Shown piece after piece: positions 9,945 to 20,349 of a DNA stretch of 64,000 nt. The notes under the pieces are model-generated. The model was not told the origin of the DNA. It searched no databases and saw only the letters and a list, made by a program, of their open reading frames with translations. The translations under genes and the position numbers were made by a program. Positions within the stretch are counted from its first letter, which is position 1. Each line of letters begins with the position of its first letter. Location of the stretch: assembly GCA_963824995.1 (NCBI GenBank), contig CAWGRK010000002.1:248001-312000 (forward strand). Direction: 5' to 3'. Origin of the DNA: an uncultured Actinomycetes bacterium (GTDB lineage Bacteria; Actinomycetota; Acidimicrobiia; Spongiisociales; DATADW01).

Positions 9945-11282
9945 ATGGACCTCGATCTGATCTTCAAGGCATACGACATACGGGGCCGCACCGACAACGG
10001 TGAGCTCGACGAGGACATTGCCCGCAAGGTGGGGGCAGCGTTCGCCCGGTTCACCGGCGCCGACACCATTTCGGTGGGACACGACTGCCGGCTGTCCTCT
10101 CCTCCGCTGCGGGATGCCTTTGTCGAGGGGGTGATCAGCCAGGGGACGGGCGTTCTCTCTCTGGGTGAGGTGGCGACGGATGTCGTCTATTTCGTAGCCG
10201 GCAGCCGCCAGGTTCCCGGGGCCATGATCACCGCATCGCACAACCCGCCCGAGTACAACGGGATCAAGCTGTGCCGGGAGGGAGCGGTCCCCGTCGGAGC
10301 CGACACCGGGCTGGCGGAGGTGCGTCAACTGGCCGAAGAGGAACTTGCCCACTCCGCCCAACCCGGTGAGGTCGAGACCCTCGACCCCACCCCGGGGTAC
10401 GTCGAGCATCTCTTCTCGCTGGTCGAGTCCACCGGGATCCGGCCGCTCAGGGTGGCTGCGGACGGTGGGAACGGGATGGCGGGCGCAGTGCTGCCCCAGG
10501 TCTTCGAGCAGATAAGCGCCGAGTTGATCCCGCTCTACCTCGAGCCAGACGGGACCTTCCCCAACCATCCCCCCGACCCGCTCCGTCCGGAGAACCTGGT
10601 GGACCTGCAGGCGGTCATCGACGAACAGTCGGCCGACCTCGGGGTGGCCTTCGACGGTGACGCCGATCGAGCGTTCTTCATAGACGACCAGGGAGTGCCC
10701 CTCTCGGGGAGCGCCACCACGGCGCTGATCGCCAGGTGGTTTCTGGAGCGCGAGCCGGGGGCGAAGATCATCCACAACCTCATCACGAGCCGGGCGGTGG
10801 GGGAGACGGTGAGGGCCTATGGCGGCGAGCCGATCCGCACCCGGGTGGGCCACTCCTTCATCAAGCAGATCATGGCCGAGACCGGAGCAGTCTTCGGCGG
10901 CGAGCACTCGGGGCACTACTACTTCCGCGACAACTTCCGGGCGGACTCGGGGATCCTGGCGATGCTGGTCCTGCTCACCGTTATCAGCGATGCCGGCCGG
11001 CCGCTTTCCGAGCTTCGGGCCGACGTGGAGCCCTATTCGCAGTCCGGCGAGATCAACCTCAGGGTGGCCGACCAGGAGTCGGCGATGCAGGCCGTGGCCT
11101 CCGGCTTCCCCGGTGCCGAGTTGGAGCGGCTCGACGGCCTGACGGTGAGCTGGCCGGACAGGTGGTTCAACCTCCGCCCCTCGAATACCGAACCGGTGCT
11201 CCGGCTCAACGTCGAGGCGACCACCCCGGGCGACGTGGCGGAGCTCGTGAGTCAGGTCGAGCACCTGGTGGGACCCGGATGA
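9945..11282 (+). CDS. manB: phosphomannomutase/phosphoglucomutase
   Basis: FKAYDIRG, TASHNP, FDGDADR, GGEHSGH, RPSNTEP. Confidence 0.93.
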   Translation: MDLDLIFKAYDIRGRTDNGELDEDIARKVGAAFARFTGADTISVGHDCRLSSPPLRDAFVEGVISQGTGVLSLGEVATDVVYFVAGSRQVPGAMITASHNPPEYNGIKLCREGAVPVGADTGLAEVRQLAEEELAHSAQPGEVETLDPTPGYVEHLFSLVESTGIRPLRVAADGGNGMAGAVLPQVFEQISAELIPLYLEPDGTFPNHPPDPLRPENLVDLQAVIDEQSADLGVAFDGDADRAFFIDDQGVPLSGSATTALIARWFLEREPGAKIIHNLITSRAVGETVRAYGGEPIRTRVGHSFIKQIMAETGAVFGGEHSGHYYFRDNFRADSGILAMLVLLTVISDAGRPLSELRADVEPYSQSGEINLRVADQESAMQAVASGFPGAELERLDGLTVSWPDRWFNLRPSNTEPVLRLNVEATTPGDVAELVSQVEHLVGPG

Positions 11283-11297
11283 ACCGACGCTGTTGAT

Positions 11298-11480
11298 ATG
11301 GCGCTGATCGACCCGGAACTCCTCGAGATCCTGGTCTGCCCGGTGGACAAGGCCGCGCTCGATGAGGATCAGGGCGGGCCTGCCCTCGTCTGCCAGAGCT
11401 GTGGACGCCGCTACCCGGTGCGTGACAGCATCCCGGTGATGCTGGTCGAGGAGGCCGAACTGCCCGACGGGCCGCGGTGA
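11298..11480 (+). CDS. Trm112-like protein
   Basis: LLEILVCPVDK...CGRRYPVRDSIPVML. Confidence 0.9.
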   Translation: MALIDPELLEILVCPVDKAALDEDQGGPALVCQSCGRRYPVRDSIPVMLVEEAELPDGPR

Positions 11481-12478
11481 CCGGCGCCGCATCCGACATG
11501 GCGGGGATGGTCGCCGGCCTCGGGGACCAACTGCGCTGGGCCACCGCGATCGAGATGGACCGGCTGGAGCGTCCTCCTGCGGTGATCGTCGCCGGCATGG
11601 GGGGGTCGGGGATCTCTGGCGACGTCGCCGCGCCCATGGCCGACGAGGCCGGTTCGCTCCTCGTGGTCCACAAGGGGTACGGGCTCCCCGGATGGGCCGG
11701 CTCAGTCAAACCGTTGGTGGTCGCCGTTTCCTTCTCGGGGGCGACCGAGGAGACGTTGTCCGGTGTCGACGCAGCTCGCCGAGCCGGACTTCCGCTGGTG
11801 GCGGTCACCACGGGCGGCCGGCTCGGGGAGGAAGCGGCCGCCGAGGGATGGCCGAGCATCACGGTTCCCGGTGGGCTGCCACCACGCGCCGCCTTGGGCT
11901 ACCTGGCCGGTGCGGTGCTGAGGGTTCTCGAGGCGGCGCAGATTGTGCCCTCGATGCGCTCGCCGCTCGAGGAGGCGGCCGATCTGGTGGACGATCTGGT
12001 CGGTGGAGCTGCCGCCGCGCTGGCTGATGATCTCGCCGAAGGCCTCGCCGGCAGGTTCTCGATCATCTACGGCTCCTCGGGCCCCGCCCACCCCGCGGCC
12101 CAGCGCTGGAAGACCCAGCTCAACGAGAACGCCAAGGCAGCCGCCGGCTGGGGGATCATCCCCGAGCTGGACCACAACGAAATCGTGGGCTGGGATGCCG
12201 ACCCCGACCTCTCCCGTAGGCGGATCGGCGTGGTGTCGCTGCGCGACCAGGGTGAGCATCCCCAGGTCGCCAGGCGATTCGAGATCACCCGCCGGCTGTG
12301 CACCAACCGAGTTGGCTGGGTAGGCGAGGTCTGGTCACAGGGAACCTCGTCGCTGGCGAGGTGCCTGAGCCTGATCGCGGTTGGCGACCTGGTGTCGCTC
12401 GGCGTGGCGAAGCGCGCCGGTGTCGACCCGATGGACATTGCCATCCTCGACCAGCTCAAGGCGGAGTTGGCCGGCTGA
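11477..12478 (+). CDS. bifunctional phosphoglucose/phosphomannose isomerase (SIS)
   Basis: GMGGSGISG, SFSGATEET, RWKTQLNENAK, PELDHNE. Confidence 0.9.
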   Translation: MTGAASDMAGMVAGLGDQLRWATAIEMDRLERPPAVIVAGMGGSGISGDVAAPMADEAGSLLVVHKGYGLPGWAGSVKPLVVAVSFSGATEETLSGVDAARRAGLPLVAVTTGGRLGEEAAAEGWPSITVPGGLPPRAALGYLAGAVLRVLEAAQIVPSMRSPLEEAADLVDDLVGGAAAALADDLAEGLAGRFSIIYGSSGPAHPAAQRWKTQLNENAKAAAGWGIIPELDHNEIVGWDADPDLSRRRIGVVSLRDQGEHPQVARRFEITRRLCTNRVGWVGEVWSQGTSSLARCLSLIAVGDLVSLGVAKRAGVDPMDIAILDQLKAELAG

Positions 12479-12658
12479 GCTCTTCTGTTGGGTGAACCGC
12501 ACCGACGAGCTGACGTCCGGAGGCGACGACCGGCGCTAAAGCCGCCGTCCGCCGTCCGCCGTCCGCCGTCTCGCCAGTGGCACGCAAGAGTTCGGTGGCG
12601 CGCTGGTCCGCAGCCTTGCCACAATGCCACATCCCGTACCGAGAAAGTTGCTTTGAAG

Positions 12659-13912
12659 ATGAGTGTTGACCACGACGTAGCCGACCTCTCGCTCGCCGAG
12701 GCCGGGGCGAGGCGAATCGCCTGGGCAGGGCGGCGGATGCCGGTGATGGGGACCATCAGGGAGCGTTTCCTCAAGGAAACCCCACTGGCGGGGCACGTGG
12801 TGGCGGCCTGCCTCCACGTCACCGCCGAGACCGCCAACCTGATGCTGGCCCTCCGTGATGGCGGTGCCGAGCCTGTCCTCTGTGCCTCCAACCCGTTGTC
12901 CACCCAGGACGACGTAGCCGCCGCCCTGGTGGTGGAGGGCATCTCGGTTTTCGCCATCAGGGGAGAGGACTCCAACAGCTACTACAAGCACATTCACGCC
13001 GTCCTCGACGCGGGACCGGCGGTGACGATGGACGACGGCGCCGACCTGGCGACCATCCTCCACACCGAGCGGCGCGACCTCCATGTGATCGGCTCCACCG
13101 AGGAGACCACGACCGGCGTCATCCGCCTGAGGGCCATGGCCGAGGATGGCACGCTTCGGGTGCCCGTGGTGGCGGTCAACGAGTCCGCCACGAAGCATCT
13201 CTTCGACAACCGCTACGGGACCGGACAGTCTGCCCTCGACGGGATCATCCGGGCGACCAACCTTCTCATGGCGGGCTCGACCATGGTGGTGGTCGGTTAT
13301 GGCGACTGTGGCCGCGGTGTCGCCGAGCGCGCCGATGGCCTCGGCGCCAGGGTGATCGTGGTCGAGGTCGACCCGGTCCGTGCCCTCGACGCCGCCATGA
13401 GCGGATACCAGGTCATGACGGCGCACGACGCTGCTGCGCTTGGGGACGTGTTCATCACCGTCACCGGCGACAAGCACGTCTTGCGCCAGGAGCACTTCGA
13501 CCGGATGAAGGACGGCGCGGTTCTTGCCAACGCTGGGCACTTCGACGCCGAACTCGACCTCACCAGCCTCAGGGCCACCGCAGTGGAGCGCAAGGTCGCC
13601 CGGACCAACCTGGAGGAGTTCGTGATGCCCGACGGGCGGAGCCTCTTCCTCGCCGCCGAGGGCCGCCTGGTCAACCTCGGCGCTGCGGAGGGGCATCCCG
13701 CCGATGTGATGGACATGTCCTTCGCCAACCAGTCGATGGCTGCCGAGTGGTTGGTCGAACGGGAGGGCACCCTCGAGCCGATGATCTACACCCTCCCCCG
13801 CGAGGTGGACGAAGAGGTGGCCCGTATCAAGCTCGCCCACCTGGGCGGCGGTCTCGAAAAGCTCACCCAGGAGCAGATCGACTACATGTCGAGCTGGCAG
13901 GAAGGGACTTGA
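12659..13912 (+). CDS. ahcY: adenosylhomocysteinase
   Basis: CLHVTAET, SNPLSTQD, EETTTG, KHLFDNRYGTGQS, GHPADVMDMSF. Confidence 0.96.
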   Translation: MSVDHDVADLSLAEAGARRIAWAGRRMPVMGTIRERFLKETPLAGHVVAACLHVTAETANLMLALRDGGAEPVLCASNPLSTQDDVAAALVVEGISVFAIRGEDSNSYYKHIHAVLDAGPAVTMDDGADLATILHTERRDLHVIGSTEETTTGVIRLRAMAEDGTLRVPVVAVNESATKHLFDNRYGTGQSALDGIIRATNLLMAGSTMVVVGYGDCGRGVAERADGLGARVIVVEVDPVRALDAAMSGYQVMTAHDAAALGDVFITVTGDKHVLRQEHFDRMKDGAVLANAGHFDAELDLTSLRATAVERKVARTNLEEFVMPDGRSLFLAAEGRLVNLGAAEGHPADVMDMSFANQSMAAEWLVEREGTLEPMIYTLPREVDEEVARIKLAHLGGGLEKLTQEQIDYMSSWQEGT

Positions 13913-13917
13913 GGCCC

Positions 13918-14300
13918 AGTACTTGGTACTCAGTACTCAGTACTTAGACCGGAAGACGGAAGTCGAAAGACGGAAGTCGGAAGACGGAAGTCGAAAGGAT
14001 TCCCTCCCCCCGACGGGGGACGGAAAGAAGTCGGAACGGCGTCCTCTAGATTGTCGCTCCCCCGGGCGGGGGGACTACCCGACGCCTTAGGCGGCGGGGG
14101 ATGGGGGAACGGTTCACTCCCAAAGGTGCGATTGGCGTGCGTCGAGCAAGGTTGGGAGTTCGGCAGCCCCCCTATCCGCTGCTTCGCAGCGGGTCCCTTC
14201 CCCCTGCGGGGGGACCGAAGGTGAGCCCGGCGGGACTTCCCCGAGGGGCACGGATTGTCCGCCGTCCGCCGTCCGCCGCCTTCTTCTTCCGTCTTCCGTC
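13918..14300. repeat. composite intergenic element: heptamer arrays flanking GC-rich palindromes
   Basis: AGTACTY-type x4 at 13918-13945, GGAAGAC/GGAAGTC x7 at 13951-13999, TCCCCC-Nn-GGGGGA hairpins, then GTCCGCC x3 and CTTCCGT x2 at 14257-14300. Confidence 0.8.
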
Positions 14301-14307
14301 TCTGCTC

Positions 14308-14329
14308 TGTCACACCCGGCACCTACTTT
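14308..14329 (+). promoter_or_regulatory. RecA-NDp/PafBC-like promoter of comF
   Basis: TGTCAC-N10-TACTTT, 8 nt before ATG 14338. Confidence 0.55.
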
Positions 14330-14337
14330 TTGACCCC

Positions 14338-14928
14338 ATGACCTGTCTCGCTTGCCGTCGGTGGGGGTCGGGTGTGCTTTGCGGGTGGTGCCGAGCAGCC
14401 TTGGTGCCGGCACCGGACCGGTATCTCGAGGGTGGTCTGGTGGTCAAGGCGGCATTCGTCCATGCCGGACCGGCGCGAGCCCTGGTGCACCGTCTCAAGT
14501 ACGAGGGGATCCGGGCCGCCGCCGAGGTCCTTGCTGCCGGCGTGCTCGAGCGGTGGGGACCGCCTCCGGCACCGATGGTCCCGATCCCTCGGGCGGCGAT
14601 GCGGGTTTGGCGATTCGGGGTGGACCCGGCATTCGAGTTGGCGATGGCGATGGCGGCGATCAGCGGCACGGCGGTGCGCTCCGAACTGAGGGCGCCGCTC
14701 TGGGCGTCGCAGCGGGCGGGGAGTCGTGCCCATCGACGGCCGCCCCGCTTCTCCGGGCGGCCGATCGCCGGCGTACTCGTTGACGACGTGCTGACCACGG
14801 GGCGGACGCTGCGGTCCGCCTCCGAGGCACTCGGCTCGGGACCCGGCATGGCACTGGTAGCGACCGCGGCACCGCCACGTCGTCTCGAGCGTGCTTCACC
14901 GGGTGAGGAGATCAGCAACGGGCACTAG
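14338..14928 (+). CDS. comF: ComF family phosphoribosyltransferase-like protein
   Basis: N-terminal CxxC...CxxC, LVHRLKY, LVDDVLTTGRT; upstream of hpf-secA. Confidence 0.85.
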   Translation: MTCLACRRWGSGVLCGWCRAALVPAPDRYLEGGLVVKAAFVHAGPARALVHRLKYEGIRAAAEVLAAGVLERWGPPPAPMVPIPRAAMRVWRFGVDPAFELAMAMAAISGTAVRSELRAPLWASQRAGSRAHRRPPRFSGRPIAGVLVDDVLTTGRTLRSASEALGSGPGMALVATAAPPRRLERASPGEEISNGH

Positions 14929-14981
14929 CCTCGGAGCAGAGGCCCGGAGGACGGGCGCGAGATCATGTGGGGAGGTCGCTT

Positions 14982-15524
14982 GTGGCGGTGAACGTCCATG
15001 CTCGCAACGTGCACCTCGACAGTGAGTTCAAGGATGGGTTGGCGGCCAAGATCGACCACGCCACCCGGTTCCTCGGTAGCTCGGTGGGCGAGGTGGACCT
15101 CGAGGTGACCGAGGAGGGCAACCCCCGCAGGGCCGATGGCCGCTTCCGGGTGGAGGTGACCACGCTCGCCGCAGGCCACACCCTGCGGGTCGAGGCGGCA
15201 GCGAGCACCCCGGAGTCGGCGGTGGACCAGGCGGTCGACCGCCTGGAGAGCCAGCTTCGAAAGCTCAAGGACCGGCTCGTCAGCCGCTCACGCAACCACC
15301 GGGAGCCCCCGCCCCCAGAAGTCGGGACCGATGACGAGGAGGAGGGCCTCCAGATCGTCAGGGTGAAGCAGTTCGTGATGAAGCCGATGACCCCTGATGA
15401 GGCGATCCTCGAGATGGACATGCTCGGTCACGGCTTCTTTCTGTTCGAGAATGCCGAGAACGGCCTGTCGAGCGTTGTCTACCGTCGGAGTGATGGTGGC
15501 TATGGCCTGATCGAGCCCGCCTAG
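14982..15524 (+). CDS. hpf: ribosome hibernation promoting factor (long HPF)
   Basis: AVDRLESQLRKLK, KPMTPDEAILEMDMLGHGFFLF, VYRRSDGGYGLIEP; GGAGG before GTG 14982. Confidence 0.92.
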   Translation: MAVNVHARNVHLDSEFKDGLAAKIDHATRFLGSSVGEVDLEVTEEGNPRRADGRFRVEVTTLAAGHTLRVEAAASTPESAVDQAVDRLESQLRKLKDRLVSRSRNHREPPPPEVGTDDEEEGLQIVRVKQFVMKPMTPDEAILEMDMLGHGFFLFENAENGLSSVVYRRSDGGYGLIEPA

Positions 15525-15538
15525 CGAGCAGCGAGCTG

Positions 15539-15673
15539 GCCGCGGCTCGAAGAGCCGCCGACGATCTGTCTAAAACCGAGTACCAGGTACCAAGGGCTCA
15601 GTCCCACCTAGCCGCGGCTCGAAGAGCCGCCGAGGATCTGTCTAAGTACTGAGTACCAAGTACTAAGTACCAT
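15539..15673. repeat. tandem duplication, 72-bp period: 35-bp hairpin unit plus heptamers
   Basis: GCCGCGGCTCGAAGAGCCGCCGA[C/G]GATCTGTCTAA at 15539-15573 and 15611-15645, each followed by AGTACCA-type heptamers. Confidence 0.85.
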
Positions 15674-15680
15674 GCCTCCC

Positions 15681-18335
15681 ATGTCCCTCTTCGACAAGGT
15701 GTTGCGCGCCGGAGAAGGTCGCGCCCTCAAGGATCTCCAGGCCCTGGTAGGGCGGGTCAACGGTCTCGAGCCCGAGATCGAGGCGCTCGACGATGAGTCG
15801 CTGCGCGCCAAGACCGCAGCCTTCAGGGAGAGGCTGGCGCAAGGCGCCCTCGTCGACGATCTCGAAGCCGAGGCGTTCGCCGTGGTCAGGGAGGCGGCGA
15901 GGCGGGTGCTGGGGCAGCGGCACTACGACGTTCAGGTCATCGGGGCCGGCGCCCTGCACCGGGGGGCCATCGCCGAGATGAAGACCGGCGAGGGAAAGAC
16001 GCTGGTGTCGACCATGCCCGTCTATCTCAATGCCCTCACCGGCGGCGGTGTCCACCTGGTGACAGTGAACGACTACCTGGCGGCGCGGGACGCCGAGTGG
16101 ATGGGAGGGGTACACCGCTTCCTCGGATTGACCGTCGGCCTGATCCAGGCGGGTCTCACCCCGGAGAGCCGCCGTCCCGCCTACGCGGCGGACATCACGT
16201 ACGGGACCAACAACGAGTTCGGGTTCGACTACCTGCGTGACAACATGGCGATGCGCGCCGATCACATGGTGCAGCGCGGGCACCCTTTCGCCATCGTCGA
16301 TGAGGTCGACTCGATCCTGGTGGACGAGGCGCGCACCCCGCTGATCATCAGCGGCCGGGTGGCCGACACCGCACGCTGGTATCAGCAGTTCTCCCGGATC
16401 GCCGACACTCTCAGGCGCGACGAGCACTACGAGGTGGACGAGGCGAAACGACAGGTGATCACGACCGAGGAGGGTGTGGAGCGGGTCGAGAACGTCCTCG
16501 GCGTCGAGAACATGTACGACCACGCCTCGGTGGACCTGGTGCACCACCTGGACGTCGCCCTCAGGGCGAAAGAGCTGTACCAGCTGGATGTCGATTATCT
16601 GCTCGACAACGGCGAGGTGAAGATCGTCGACGAGTTCACCGGCCGCGTGCTCGAGGGTCGCCGTTACTCAGAGGGGCTCCACCAGGCGATCGAGGCCAAG
16701 GAGGGGGTGGCGATCAAGGAGGAGAACCAGACCCTCGCCACCATCACACTGCAGAACTACTTCCGGCTCTACGACAAGCTCTCGGGGATGACCGGGACCG
16801 CCAAGACCGAGGCGGCCGAGTTCGCCCAGATCTACGGGTTGGAGGTGGTGGAGGTTCCGACCCACCGCAGCACGGTGCGGCTCGACCAGCCCGACCTGAT
16901 CTACAAGACCGAAGATGCCAAGTTCGATGCGGTCGTCTCCGACATCGTCGAGCGCCACGAGCGTGGTCAACCGGTCCTGGCTGGAACGGTCTCCATCGAG
17001 AAGTCGGAGCGGCTCTCCCGTCTGCTCGAGAAGAAGGGGATACGCCACGAGGTCCTCAACGCAAAGCAGCACGCACGTGAGGCGGAGATCATCGCCCAGG
17101 CCGGTCGAAAGAGTGCAGTCACCGTGGCCACCAACATGGCGGGGCGGGGAGTTGACATCATGTTGGGCGGCAATCCCGAGGGTCTGGCCAAGACCGAGCT
17201 GAAGCGGGAGGGGATCGACCCGTCCGACCCCAGCTACGAGGAGCGCCTCCACGCTTCCACCAACCGGATCTCGGTCGAGCTGGAGAGCGCACACGACGAA
17301 GTGGTCGACGTGGGTGGGCTCTACGTCGTCGGGACCGAGCGGCACGAGAGCCGGCGGATCGACAACCAGCTGCGCGGCCGTTCGGGGCGCCAGGGCGACC
17401 CCGGGGAGTCGCGCTTCTACCTCTCGCTGGGCGATGACCTCATGCGCCGTTTCCAGGGGGACAGGGTCCAGGGAATCATGGAGCGGCTGCGCATCCCAGA
17501 CGATGTCCCCATCGAGGCCGGGATCGTGACCAAGTCGATCGAGCGGGCCCAGCGCCAGGTCGAGGCGCAGAACTTCGAGATCCGCAAGAACGTCCTCAAG
17601 TACGACGAGGTGATGAACCGCCAGCGCGAGGTGATCTACAGCTGGCGGAGGGGGATCATGCTCGGCGAGAAGAGCGAGACTCTGGTCAGGGAGTGGATCG
17701 GAGATGTCGTCTCCGACACGGTTGGGCTGTCTGTCGCCCAGGACGAGCAGCCCCAGGACTGGGACTGGGAACTGCTCGGCAAGGAGCTGGGTCAGTACTA
17801 CGAGACCCACCTCGGGCCTGAGTGGATCGAGGAACAGGGCGGCGGGGTGATCGTCGCCGACCTGGAGGACGCCGCCGTCGAGGAGGCACTCGCCTCATAC
17901 GACGGGCGGGAGGAGGAACTCGGGCCGGAGACCCTCCGCCAATTGGAGACACAGGTCGTGCTCTCGATCATCGACAACAAGTGGCGCGAGCACCTCGCCG
18001 AGATGGACTACTTGCGCTCCGGGATCGGGTTGCGCGCCATGGGGCAACGTGATCCGCTGGTCGAATACCAGCGGGAGGCATACGACATGTTCGCCGACCT
18101 GGTGGACTCGGTTAAGCGGGATGCGGTCCGCTACCTCTTCCACGTTCAGGTGGTGGAGCCTGCGCCGAGCGCACCGGTGAGGAGTGCTCCCAAGGCAGCA
18201 CAGGTGGCAGCGGTCGCCGGTTCCGCCGGTCAGGTGGCGACGATGCCGATGGCCGTGGACAAGGTGGGCCGCAACGATCCGTGCCCGTGTGGAAGCGGAA
18301 AGAAATTCAAGAAATGCCACGGAGCGGTCGCGTAG
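15681..18335 (+). CDS. secA: preprotein translocase SecA
   Basis: [31 protein letters not shown]-terminal [19 protein letters not shown]. Confidence 0.97.
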   Translation: MSLFDKVLRAGEGRALKDLQALVGRVNGLEPEIEALDDESLRAKTAAFRERLAQGALVDDLEAEAFAVVREAARRVLGQRHYDVQVIGAGALHRGAIAEMKTGEGKTLVSTMPVYLNALTGGGVHLVTVNDYLAARDAEWMGGVHRFLGLTVGLIQAGLTPESRRPAYAADITYGTNNEFGFDYLRDNMAMRADHMVQRGHPFAIVDEVDSILVDEARTPLIISGRVADTARWYQQFSRIADTLRRDEHYEVDEAKRQVITTEEGVERVENVLGVENMYDHASVDLVHHLDVALRAKELYQLDVDYLLDNGEVKIVDEFTGRVLEGRRYSEGLHQAIEAKEGVAIKEENQTLATITLQNYFRLYDKLSGMTGTAKTEAAEFAQIYGLEVVEVPTHRSTVRLDQPDLIYKTEDAKFDAVVSDIVERHERGQPVLAGTVSIEKSERLSRLLEKKGIRHEVLNAKQHAREAEIIAQAGRKSAVTVATNMAGRGVDIMLGGNPEGLAKTELKREGIDPSDPSYEERLHASTNRISVELESAHDEVVDVGGLYVVGTERHESRRIDNQLRGRSGRQGDPGESRFYLSLGDDLMRRFQGDRVQGIMERLRIPDDVPIEAGIVTKSIERAQRQVEAQNFEIRKNVLKYDEVMNRQREVIYSWRRGIMLGEKSETLVREWIGDVVSDTVGLSVAQDEQPQDWDWELLGKELGQYYETHLGPEWIEEQGGGVIVADLEDAAVEEALASYDGREEELGPETLRQLETQVVLSIIDNKWREHLAEMDYLRSGIGLRAMGQRDPLVEYQREAYDMFADLVDSVKRDAVRYLFHVQVVEPAPSAPVRSAPKAAQVAAVAGSAGQVATMPMAVDKVGRNDPCPCGSGKKFKKCHGAVA

Positions 18336-18344
18336 CGACCGCTC

Positions 18345-18372
18345 GTAGTGGGTACTGGGTATTGGGTAGTGG
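18345..18372. repeat. heptamer tandem repeat GTANTGG x4
   Basis: GTAGTGG GTACTGG GTATTGG GTAGTGG between secA and prfB. Confidence 0.75.
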
Positions 18373-18399
18373 GTGATCGAGTTACGCTGGTCGGGCGCG

Positions 18400-19537
18400 A
18401 TGACCACCCCTGCCACCGACCCCAAGGCCCTCGTCGCTGATCTTCGCTCCCGTCTCGACGAGGCCGGGAGGTTCCTTTGACGTCGCCAGCAAACGCCGCG
18501 AGCTGAGCGAGCTTCGGGAGCGGGCCTCCTCGGCCGATCTCTGGAACGACCCCGACGCGGCGCGCGCTTTGACCCGCAAGCTGGCCCGTAACGAACAGCT
18601 GGTGGGGATGGTCGATGAGCTGGAGCGCTCGCTCGACGACGCAGCAGAGCTGCTCGAGCTTGCCGCCGCCGAGGACGACGCCAGCATCACTGCCGAGATC
18701 GGAGTCGAACTCGAAAAGGTGGCGGCCGAATTGGACCGTCTCGAGGAGGAGTCGCTCTACTTCGGCGAGTACGACGAGCATGCCGCCATCCTGTCGGTAC
18801 ACGCCGGCGCCGGCGGTGTCGACGCCCAGGACTGGGCGCAGATGCTCTTTCGGATGTACCAGCGGTACCTCGAGGACTCCGGCTTTGCCGCCGAGGTCGA
18901 CGAGGTGAGCGACGGTGAAGAGGCCGGGATCAAATCGGCGACGATGACCGTCCGCGGCGAGCGCGCCTACGCCATGCTCGAGGGGGAGCGGGGGGTCCAC
19001 CGCCTGGTCAGGATCAGCCCGTTCGACTCGAACGCCAGGCGGCACACCTCGTTCGCCGGCGTGGACGTCATCCCGGAGGTGGAGGACGCCACCGTCGAGA
19101 TCGACTCCGAGGACCTTCGTATCGACACCTACCGGTCGCAGGGGGCGGGGGGTCAGCACGTCAACACCTCGGACACCGCAGTCCGGATCACCCATATTCC
19201 GACCGGGGTCGTGGCCGCCTGCCAAGCGGAACGCTCGCAACTGCAGAACCGCAACCGCGCCATGGCCCTACTCCGCGCCCGGCTCGCAGAGAGGGCCAGG
19301 CTGGAGCGCCTGGACCACCTCGACGAGATCCGGGGCGAACAGGGTGAAGCCGCTTGGGGTCGCCAGATCCGCTCCTACGTCCTCCAGCCGTATCAGATGG
19401 CCAAGGACCTCCGCACCGACGTCGAGGTGGGGAACGTCCAAGGCGTGCTGGACGGCGACCTGCAGCCCTTCGTGGATGCTTACCTCCATTGGCGACGCAC
19501 CCGTCACGAGACCAAAGATCACTCCGGCTCTCCTTGA
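18400..19537 (+). CDS. prfB: peptide chain release factor 2, with programmed +1 frameshift at 18475-18481
   Basis: ATG 18400 frame ends GGG AGG TTC CTT TGA C; +1 frame continues DVASKRREL...LWNDP into the ORF carrying RISPF and GAGGQHVN. Confidence 0.95.
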
Positions 19538-19644
19538 CGGGATGATTGGTTCCACCGACCGGTGGTTGGTAACCTCGTGAGGCGGGTGGAGGGGGTCACG
19601 AACAAGTTGACCCGCGTTCCCACCGATCCCAGGGTTCTTATCCC

Positions 19645-20346
19645 ATGATCCGATTGCAGGAAGTCACCAAGGTCTACGACGGTGGCATCGTTGCCGCCCG
19701 TGACGTAACGCTCGACATCCAGAAGAGCGAGTTCGTCTTTCTCGTGGGGCCGTCCGGTTCGGGCAAGTCCACGCTGATCAGGCTCCTGCTGCGTGAGGAG
19801 GACCTCACCAAGGGGAAGATCTGGGTGGCAGGAAAGGACATCACCGCCATCCCCGGCTGGAAGGTTCCCTATCTGCGGCGGTCCATCGGGACCGTGTTCC
19901 AGGACTTCAAGCTCCTCCCCAACAAGACGGTGGCAGAGAACGTCGCCTTCGCCCTCGAGGTACTGGGCCGGCCACCCGAGGTGGTGCGCACTCAGACCAC
20001 CCAGGTGCTGGAACTGGTCGGCCTCACCGGTAAGGCGGATCGCTATCCCCGCCAGCTCTCGGGCGGTGAGCAACAGCGGGTATCCATCGCCCGCGCCTTT
20101 GTCAACCGTCCGCCGATCCTCCTTGCCGACGAGCCGACCGGGAACCTCGACCCGGCGACCTCGGTGGGGATCATGCGGCTGCTCGACCGGATCAACCGAA
20201 CCGGGACCACGGTGGTCATGGCCACCCACGACCACGCCATCGTCGACGCGATGCGCCGGCGGGTGGTCCAGCTCGAGCGGGGGCGGATCATCCGTGATCA
20301 GGCGGCAGGGCGGTACGACTCTTCGGTAGTCCAGGTCGGGGACTGA
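19645..20346 (+). CDS. ftsE: cell division ATP-binding protein FtsE
   Basis: [37 protein letters not shown]. Confidence 0.95.
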   Translation: MIRLQEVTKVYDGGIVAARDVTLDIQKSEFVFLVGPSGSGKSTLIRLLLREEDLTKGKIWVAGKDITAIPGWKVPYLRRSIGTVFQDFKLLPNKTVAENVAFALEVLGRPPEVVRTQTTQVLELVGLTGKADRYPRQLSGGEQQRVSIARAFVNRPPILLADEPTGNLDPATSVGIMRLLDRINRTGTTVVMATHDHAIVDAMRRRVVQLERGRIIRDQAAGRYDSSVVQVGD

Positions 20347-20349
20347 GCG

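Noticed and set aside
12479..12658. SAH or SAM riboswitch upstream of ahcY
   Set aside because: Expected location, but I could not match conserved riboswitch motifs; the region holds a CGCCGTC x4 repeat. An Rfam scan would settle it
15539..15645. Mini CRISPR array (35-bp palindromic repeat, 37-bp spacer)
   Set aside because: Only two units, the spacer is itself heptamer repeat resembling the sequence after unit 2, and no cas genes are in the window; tandem duplication fits better
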